DNA from: a bacterium
GTDB taxonomy: Bacteria; Patescibacteriota; Patescibacteriia; Patescibacteriales; GWC2-42-12
Length of the DNA stretch: 49,820 bases
Assembly (NCBI GenBank): GCA_043807825.1
Contig: JAZDFM010000029.1
Span: 1 to 49,820, forward strand
Reading direction: 5' to 3'
Part shown: positions 43,904 through 49,820 of the stretch, in pieces
How positions within the stretch are numbered: position 1 is the first letter of the stretch
Layout of the letters: each line of letters starts with the position of its first letter
Made by a program: the position numbers and the translations under genes
Notes under the pieces: model-generated
Seen by the model: only the letters and a program-made list of their open reading frames with translations
The model's database searches: none
What the model was told of the DNA's origin: nothing

Positions 43904-45130
43904 ATGCCTATTTTTGATTTACAAAAAATAAGAAATGATTTTCCGATTCTCGGCCAAAAAATTTACGGCAAGCCTTTGGTTTATTTTGACAATGCCGCCA
44001 CGACGCAAAAACCCAAGATCGTAATAGACAAAATAAGCAAGCTGTACGCCGAACATAACAGCAATATCCATCGCGGAGTTCATTATTTAAGCGAAGAAAT
44101 GACTAAAATGTATGAATCAGCCAGGCAAAAAGTCCAAAATTATTTGAACGCCAAGTCAATGCAGGAAATAATTTTCACCAGCGGAGCTACCGGTTCAATC
44201 AACGCGGCCGCGTATTCTTTCGGAGAAGCGTATATAAAAGAAAACGATGAAATTATTCTGTCTGAAATGGAACACCATTCAAATATTGTGCCTTGGCAAA
44301 TTATGTGCCAGCGAAAAAACGCAAAAATTAGAGTAATTCCAATCAATCAGAAAGGCGAATTGTTGCTTGGCGAGTATGAAAAATTGATCAATGAAAAAAC
44401 GAAATTGGTCGCTGTAACACATGTTTCAAATTCTCTGGGAACAGTCAATCCGGTCAAAAAAATCGCGGCTATCGCGCATAAAAACAATATTCCGGTTTTG
44501 GTGGACGGCGCTCAAGCCGTTCAGCACGAGAAGATTGATGTTCAGGATATTGATTGCGATTTTTACGCTTTTTCAGGCCATAAAATATACGGGCCGGCCG
44601 GAATCGGGGTTTTGTACGGAAAAGAAAAATTTCTTGAAAATATGCCTCCATATCAAGGAGGCGGAGATATGATTGACCGCGTCCGATTTGAACATACGAC
44701 TTATAACGATTTGCCTTTTAAATTTGAAGCCGGCACCCCGAATTACATCGGAGCTGTCGGATTGGGCGAGGCTTTGGATTATCTCTCTTTAATCGGGCTG
44801 AAAAATATACAAGAGTATGAAAAAAAATTGTTGGATTACGCCGCAAGCAAATTGTCGGCGATTGGCGGATTGAAATTATACGGCTCCGCGGAGAATAAAA
44901 TCTGCATTTTTTCTTTTTTGTTGGACAATATCAGCGCGTATGACACCGGCATGATGTTGGATAAAATTGGCGGAATCGCCGTGCGCACCGGCCACCACTG
45001 CACGCATCCTCTTTGGGAATATTATGGGATTGAAGGCACGGCCAGAGCGTCTTTGGTATTTTACAACACTTTTGAAGAAATAGATTTTTTTTGCGAGACT
45101 GTTAAAAAAGTCCAAAAAATGTTCGGTTAA
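43904..45130 (+). CDS. sufS: cysteine desulfurase, SufS-like (class V aminotransferase)
   Basis: YFDNAATTQKP, the SGHK PLP-lysine motif and the RTGHHCT active-site Cys loop. Confidence 0.9.
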   Translation: MPIFDLQKIRNDFPILGQKIYGKPLVYFDNAATTQKPKIVIDKISKLYAEHNSNIHRGVHYLSEEMTKMYESARQKVQNYLNAKSMQEIIFTSGATGSINAAAYSFGEAYIKENDEIILSEMEHHSNIVPWQIMCQRKNAKIRVIPINQKGELLLGEYEKLINEKTKLVAVTHVSNSLGTVNPVKKIAAIAHKNNIPVLVDGAQAVQHEKIDVQDIDCDFYAFSGHKIYGPAGIGVLYGKEKFLENMPPYQGGGDMIDRVRFEHTTYNDLPFKFEAGTPNYIGAVGLGEALDYLSLIGLKNIQEYEKKLLDYAASKLSAIGGLKLYGSAENKICIFSFLLDNISAYDTGMMLDKIGGIAVRTGHHCTHPLWEYYGIEGTARASLVFYNTFEEIDFFCETVKKVQKMFG

Positions 45131-45162
45131 TTTTTCGGCGGCAATAAACTGAAACCATCTCT

Positions 45163-45582
45163 ATGAGCATACAAGAAATACAGGAGGAAATTATCAGTGA
45201 ATTCAAGGATTTTGAAAATGATTTTGATAAATACAATTATTTGATAGCGTTGGGAAAAAAATTGCATCCGATTGACTTGAAGTATAAAACAGAAGACAAT
45301 CTGATCCGCGGCTGCCAATTGAAAGTATGGTTTTATTCGGAATTCAGGGATGGAAAAATTTTTTACGATATTTACAGCGTTTCAGATATCACGAACGGAA
45401 TTATTTTTCTTTTGAAAAGAGTTTTGTCGGGCAGGAATCCGGAAGAAATCAAAGATGTTGATTTGTATTTCATTGACAGAATAGGATTGAGAGAAAATTT
45501 TTCCCCAACACGGGCGAACGGCCTTTGGAAAATGGAGAGAAGAATGAAAGCTGAAGCCGCGGCTTTACGCCTTAATTATTAA
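45163..45582 (+). CDS. sufE: SufE-like sulfur acceptor
   Basis: 139 aa directly after sufS. IRGCQLKVW contains the conserved acceptor Cys context of SufE. Confidence 0.8.
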   Translation: MSIQEIQEEIISEFKDFENDFDKYNYLIALGKKLHPIDLKYKTEDNLIRGCQLKVWFYSEFRDGKIFYDIYSVSDITNGIIFLLKRVLSGRNPEEIKDVDLYFIDRIGLRENFSPTRANGLWKMERRMKAEAAALRLNY

Positions 45583-45594
45583 AAAATATTTTTT

Positions 45595-46023
45595 ATGCAA
45601 AGATGCATGATCTATAACAGGTCTTTGAGATTTTCAAAAACCGTTTACGGAATTTTGGCTTTAATCGCTTTTTTTATCCAGAGCCAATGGTTGATTTTCT
45701 CGATCAGCGTATTGATGATTTTTGAAATTTTTTCCATAAAAATCAGCATTCCGTACCAATTTCATGTTTTTGCCAGCAAGAAATTTTTTGCGCAAAGATA
45801 TAATCCGATAGAGAAAGAATCCGGAGAATTGGCTTTTGTCTGCGGATTGGCGGGCGGGCCTTTATTCATCGGTTTTTTGCTTCTTTATTTCGGAAAATTC
45901 ATCGGATTCGCCTGGATTTTGATTTTAGCGATCGCGTTTCTTCTGCTTTTATCCGGCATGGCCGGACTTTGCGTCGCGTCTTTGTCGTATGTTATTTTTA
46001 AAAAGATTTTTAACGCGTCATAA
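45595..46023 (+). CDS. small polytopic membrane protein (DUF4395-like)
   Basis: Four hydrophobic segments. The family assignment is by rough resemblance only. Confidence 0.45.
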   Translation: MQRCMIYNRSLRFSKTVYGILALIAFFIQSQWLIFSISVLMIFEIFSIKISIPYQFHVFASKKFFAQRYNPIEKESGELAFVCGLAGGPLFIGFLLLYFGKFIGFAWILILAIAFLLLLSGMAGLCVASLSYVIFKKIFNAS

Positions 46024-47145
46024 ATGGAAAAAATGGAAAAAGATGAAGAAATTCAAAATAAAAAAATAGGCTGCCCCGAATATGTCAATAAGAACTGTTG
46101 GCTTGTAAAAACTTTGAATTATTCGGCATCTGAGCGTTGCCGATACTGCGAATTGAAATTCAGGCATTGTTTGTTTTTCCAGTATTTGGCCATCAGCTTT
46201 ATTTTGGTTGTTTTTTTGCTATCCGCGTCTTTTGCGATTGAAGGAGAAATTCCGAAATCGGTTGTAATTTCCATTTTCGCGTTCACGATCATATACGGAT
46301 ATTTTTTTAATATTAGCACGGAGAAAATTATCAAAGCCAATTTTTTGCAGAGGAAAGCCAAGGAGGCGTTGGAAAAATTGGCGATGGAGCTTGAAGAAAA
46401 AGTTGAGCGAAGAACAAGAAATTTAAAAAAAGCCAACGAACAGCTAAAAGAACTTGACGCGGCAAAATCAGAATTCATTTCCATAGCTTCGCACCAATTG
46501 CGCACGCCCCTAACCGTAATTAAGGGGTATATTTCAATGATGTTGGAAGGAAATTTCGGGGCGTTGACCGCCAAAGAAACAGAATCTCTTGAAAAAGTTT
46601 TTTTATCAAATGAAAGGCTGATTCAGCTGGTTGAAAATTTGCTTAACATTTCGCGCATTGAATCCGGAAAATTGCAGTTTGATTTCCGCGAAACCGACAT
46701 CAATAAAATGATTGAAGGCGTCATTGACGAATTATCAGGCAATGCCGAAAAGAAAAATTTATCTTTGCTGTATAAGCCGCCGGCCAAGCCTTTGCCCATG
46801 ATTAAAGTGGATGATGAGAAAATCAGGCAGGTTGTCATAAATTTGATTGACAACGGCATAAAATATACCAAAAAAGGCGATGTTTCAATCCACTTGGAGC
46901 GGCGAGAAGACAAAGTAAGATTTTGCGTTGAAGATTCCGGCATGGGCATCAGGCCGGAAGATATGGTTAATTTGTTTAAAAAGTTTTTCCGCGGAATGAG
47001 CGCTTCTTTGTTTCATACCGAAGGCACGGGCCTTGGATTGTATGTTGCCCGCATGATGATTGAAGCTCATCATGGCAAGATTTGGGCGGAATCCGGCGGA
47101 ACGGGCAAAGGAAGCAAATTTTGTTTTGAATTGCCGATAGAATAA
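46024..47145 (+). CDS. sensor histidine kinase with N-terminal cysteine cluster
   Basis: HisKA H-box SEFISIASHQLRTPL, N/G1/G2 boxes (NLIDNGIKYT, DSGMGI, GTGLGL). Five Cys within residues 17-49, ahead of two TM helices. Confidence 0.88.
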   Translation: MEKMEKDEEIQNKKIGCPEYVNKNCWLVKTLNYSASERCRYCELKFRHCLFFQYLAISFILVVFLLSASFAIEGEIPKSVVISIFAFTIIYGYFFNISTEKIIKANFLQRKAKEALEKLAMELEEKVERRTRNLKKANEQLKELDAAKSEFISIASHQLRTPLTVIKGYISMMLEGNFGALTAKETESLEKVFLSNERLIQLVENLLNISRIESGKLQFDFRETDINKMIEGVIDELSGNAEKKNLSLLYKPPAKPLPMIKVDDEKIRQVVINLIDNGIKYTKKGDVSIHLERREDKVRFCVEDSGMGIRPEDMVNLFKKFFRGMSASLFHTEGTGLGLYVARMMIEAHHGKIWAESGGTGKGSKFCFELPIE

Positions 47146-47163
47146 TTTTTAAATTCAATAAAT

Positions 47164-47583
47164 ATGCAAAATGAAAAAAAAGAAAAATTAAGCGAAAACG
47201 GCGGAGAGATAGCCAAAATATTATTAGTTGAAGACGATTCGTTTTTGCGGGATATATGCGAAAAAAAATTAAAAAAGGAAGGTTTTAATGTGGAAACCGC
47301 GGTTGACGGCCGAGAAGCCGTAGAAAAAGCCGGCGAGTTTAAGCCTGAACTTATTTTGCTTGATATCATTCTGCCGGTTATGGACGGTTTTGAAGTGTTG
47401 AAGCGAATTCGTTCGCATAACGATGAATCGGTTAAAAAAACGCCGGTTATTATGCTGACCAATCTCGGGCAAGAGGAGGACAGTAAAAAAGCTTTGGCTT
47501 TGGGGGCGAACGATTATTTGGTGAAAGCGTATTTCACCACGGAAGATATAATTCAGAAAATAAAAAAGAGATTGGGATTATAA
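47164..47583 (+). CDS. receiver-only response regulator (CheY-like)
   Basis: LLVEDD, the LLDIILPVMDG phospho-acceptor Asp, and LTN...K. No output domain. Confidence 0.9.
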   Translation: MQNEKKEKLSENGGEIAKILLVEDDSFLRDICEKKLKKEGFNVETAVDGREAVEKAGEFKPELILLDIILPVMDGFEVLKRIRSHNDESVKKTPVIMLTNLGQEEDSKKALALGANDYLVKAYFTTEDIIQKIKKRLGL

Positions 47584-47619
47584 TCAAATCATGCTATAAT
47601 AAATATAAATCAATAATTT

Positions 47620-48003
47620 ATGCAAATCGGAAAAGTGAAAGAAATAAAAAAAATCAACGCGATATCGTTTGCAAACGCGGCGGCGTTAATGTATGGTTTT
47701 GTCGGATTTTTCGCGTCTTTTGTTTTGGCCGTATCGGTTATCGCTTTTCTTATCGCGAATGAAAATTCCGGAGGTTCCATTATTTTGATAACTTTATTCA
47801 ATATCGGAGCGGGATTGCTATTGGGAATTTTGTCTTTTGCATTCACGGCTTCAATCGGTTGGATTATGGGATACGCGGCCGCCGGGATTTATAATTGGTT
47901 CGCCAAGAGATCGGGAGGAATTAAAATTGAATTGGCCGATTTCATTGACGCGCCCGAAATAAGCAATCAAGATAATATAGTAAAGATTGAAGATAATTTA
48001 TAA
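47620..48003 (+). CDS. small membrane protein, unknown function
   Basis: 127 aa with three hydrophobic helices. Confidence 0.5.
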   Translation: MQIGKVKEIKKINAISFANAAALMYGFVGFFASFVLAVSVIAFLIANENSGGSIILITLFNIGAGLLLGILSFAFTASIGWIMGYAAAGIYNWFAKRSGGIKIELADFIDAPEISNQDNIVKIEDNL

Positions 48004-48007
48004 TTTT

Positions 48008-48310
48008 ATGCCGCAAATCAACGATAGTCGCGATTTATTGAATATAACCATAGCTTTGTCAATTCTGCTGTTCACATTTTTTTCATGCTGGGCGATTTAT
48101 TATTTGGCGAAAATTTTACAGCAATTTTTTAAAGTTATCAAAGAGGTGCGGGATCGCCTGAATAAATTTGATGAATTGATGAAAGTCATAAAAGAAAAAA
48201 TAGACCATAGCGCCTCTTATTTGTTTTTGATCGGTGAAGGAGTTAAAAAATTGGTTGAAGCGATAAAAGAAAGATCGGATAAAAAGAAGAAAAGCAAAAA
48301 ATCGCAATAA
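48008..48310 (+). CDS. small membrane-anchored coiled-coil protein, unknown function
   Basis: The ATG at 48008 follows the upstream stop. One TM helix, then a charged helical region and a Lys-rich tail. Confidence 0.45.
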   Translation: MPQINDSRDLLNITIALSILLFTFFSCWAIYYLAKILQQFFKVIKEVRDRLNKFDELMKVIKEKIDHSASYLFLIGEGVKKLVEAIKERSDKKKKSKKSQ

Positions 48311-48316
48311 AATTTT

Positions 48317-49820
48317 TTATTTTATATATCCGCATTCTTTGTTTGAGCATTTGGTTTCGCCTTTCTTGGCGTCTTCAATCAGCAGGCTGCCGCAGTCGGG
48401 GCATTTTTCTCCAGTTGGTTTTCCCCAAAAAGCGGTTTTGCAGTCAGGATATTGGTCGCAAGCGTAAAAAATTCCGCGCTTGCTTCGTTTTTGGATTATT
48501 TCTCCTTTGCCGCAGACAGGGCATTTTATTCCCGTGCTGTTATTCCCTCCGGCGATATTTTTTAAATTTTTGCATTTGGGATAAGCCACGCATGCCAAAA
48601 ATGGACCGAATTTTCCGATTTTAACCGCCATCTCCGAACCGCATTTTTCGCATTTTTCGCCTTTGTATTTTTCTTTAAGCTTTTCTATCTCTTTGCTGTC
48701 GGCTTGTCCGTTGCGATTTTTGTCCGATCCGGGCAGTGATTTTATGTTTTTGCATTCCGGAAAAGCGCTGCACGCCAAGAATTTTCCATAACGGCCGGTT
48801 TTGATTATCATGGGCGCTCCGCATTTGTCGCATTTTTCGTTTGATTTTTCTTCGGGCATAATGTCTTGTTTATTTATTTCTTGATATTTATTTTCCAAGT
48901 TGTCATGAAACGGCCGGTAAAATTCTTCAATCACCGGTTGCCATTCAGCATTTCCGTCCGCGATCGCGTCCAAGTCGTTTTCCAATTTGGCCGTGAATTG
49001 ATAATCAACGACATTGGGAAAATGTTCAACCAGCAAGTCGTTGACCACAAAAGCGATATCGGTTGGCTCAAGCCGCTTGCTTTCGTCGCGGCGCGCGTAG
49101 TTCCTGTCAATTATCGTGGCTATTGTCGGGGCGTAAGTTGACGGGCGGCCGATGCCGTATTTTTCCAGCTCTTTAACCAAGCCGGCATCGGAATATCTGG
49201 CCGGCGGTTTGGTGAAATGCTGGTCTTTTTTTATTTCTTCCACTTTAAGCTTTTCTTTCATTTTTAATTCAGGCAGTTCTATATCTTGGCTTTTTTCCGG
49301 ATAAATTTTCAGATAGCCGTCAAATTTGAGAATTTGGCCGTTGGCCCTGAATTGATAAGCGGTTTTTCCGGCGTCAATGTCAACAACCGTCGCGTCAACC
49401 AAGGCTTCGGGCATTTGGCTGGCCAAAGCCCTTTGCCAGATCAGTTTATATAATTTGTTTTGATTGGGATTGAGTTTGCCGGAAACCGATTCAGGGGAGC
49501 GCGAAGCTTCGGAAGGCCTGATGGCTTCATGCGCTTCTTGCGCGCCTTTTGATTTTGTTTTGAATCGGCGCGGAGATTTGAGCGCGTAATCGGCGCCTAA
49601 TTCGGATTTTAAATATTCGGAAGCGTCTTCAAGAAATTTGTCGGCCAGATTCAGCGAGTCGGTTCTCATATAAGTTATGAATCCTATTTCATAAAGCTGT
49701 TGAGCGATCATCATGGTTTGCTTGGCCGAGAATCCGAGCCAGCGGTTGGCGGTTTGCTGGAGGCTGGAAGTCGTGAAAGGTTTGGGCGGCTGTCTTTTGG
49801 CTTGTTTTTTTTCCAAATCA
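48317..49820 (-). CDS. topA: DNA topoisomerase I, C-terminal part (5' end beyond the window)
   Basis: ITYMRTDS and GIGRPSTYA motifs, followed by four C4 zinc ribbons (CDKCG...C..FPEC type). The ORF is open to the window edge. Confidence 0.93.
   Translation of the reverse strand, partial: DLEKKQAKRQPPKPFTTSSLQQTANRWLGFSAKQTMMIAQQLYEIGFITYMRTDSLNLADKFLEDASEYLKSELGADYALKSPRRFKTKSKGAQEAHEAIRPSEASRSPESVSGKLNPNQNKLYKLIWQRALASQMPEALVDATVVDIDAGKTAYQFRANGQILKFDGYLKIYPEKSQDIELPELKMKEKLKVEEIKKDQHFTKPPARYSDAGLVKELEKYGIGRPSTYAPTIATIIDRNYARRDESKRLEPTDIAFVVNDLLVEHFPNVVDYQFTAKLENDLDAIADGNAEWQPVIEEFYRPFHDNLENKYQEINKQDIMPEEKSNEKCDKCGAPMIIKTGRYGKFLACSAFPECKNIKSLPGSDKNRNGQADSKEIEKLKEKYKGEKCEKCGSEMAVKIGKFGPFLACVAYPKCKNLKNIAGGNNSTGIKCPVCGKGEIIQKRSKRGIFYACDQYPDCKTAFWGKPTGEKCPDCGSLLIEDAKKGETKCSNKECGYIK

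Noticed and set aside
1-49820. Alternative genetic code (UGA as a sense codon, as in some CPR lineages)
   Set aside because: TGA terminates several well-defined genes at the expected lengths, for example at 8630, 9139 and 41522. The standard bacterial code fits.

Overview
AT-rich, tightly packed bacterial chromosome segment. Gene content and repeat types look like a Candidate Phyla Radiation (Patescibacteria/Parcubacteria-like) genome; that assignment is inference. It uses the standard code, since TGA closes several long ORFs. Most of the window is housekeeping: Xer-type recombinase, PP-loop tRNA-thiolation enzyme, lemA/TPM pair, M18 aminopeptidase, PilB-type ATPase, translin-like protein, proS, rpsA, glyQS, ftsH, ruvA, FemAB/MurE-like cell wall genes, rpoB-rpoC, pdaD, a LigD phosphoesterase module, leuS, rsmA, sufS-sufE, a histidine kinase with a receiver-only regulator, and a partial topA. 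No rRNA, tRNA or CRISPR array was recognised. The clear accessory region is 31404-35021 on the minus strand. There, about 3.6 kb is wedged between the alpha and beta subunit genes of a porGDAB-type 2-oxoacid:ferredoxin oxidoreductase operon. It carries three toxin-antitoxin-like pairs and two tandem exported proteins. Both proteins share a near-identical TrbC/VirB2-like (type IV secretion pilin-like) two-helix membrane hairpin but have different cysteine-rich heads: a tandem 10-Cys knottin-like module in one, a lysozyme-like domain in the other. This looks like a modular surface-effector cassette and is the best candidate for an undescribed system. Other unexplained structure: two families of short palindromic (REP-like) elements, one inserted in frame inside porB and one forming a 3 x 51 bp array; a 142-bp element with perfect 27-bp inverted repeats between lemA and the TPM gene; a 102-nt long-stem hairpin in the glyQS leader; a structured roughly 580-bp leader before rpoB; and a heptanucleotide repeat inside porA.
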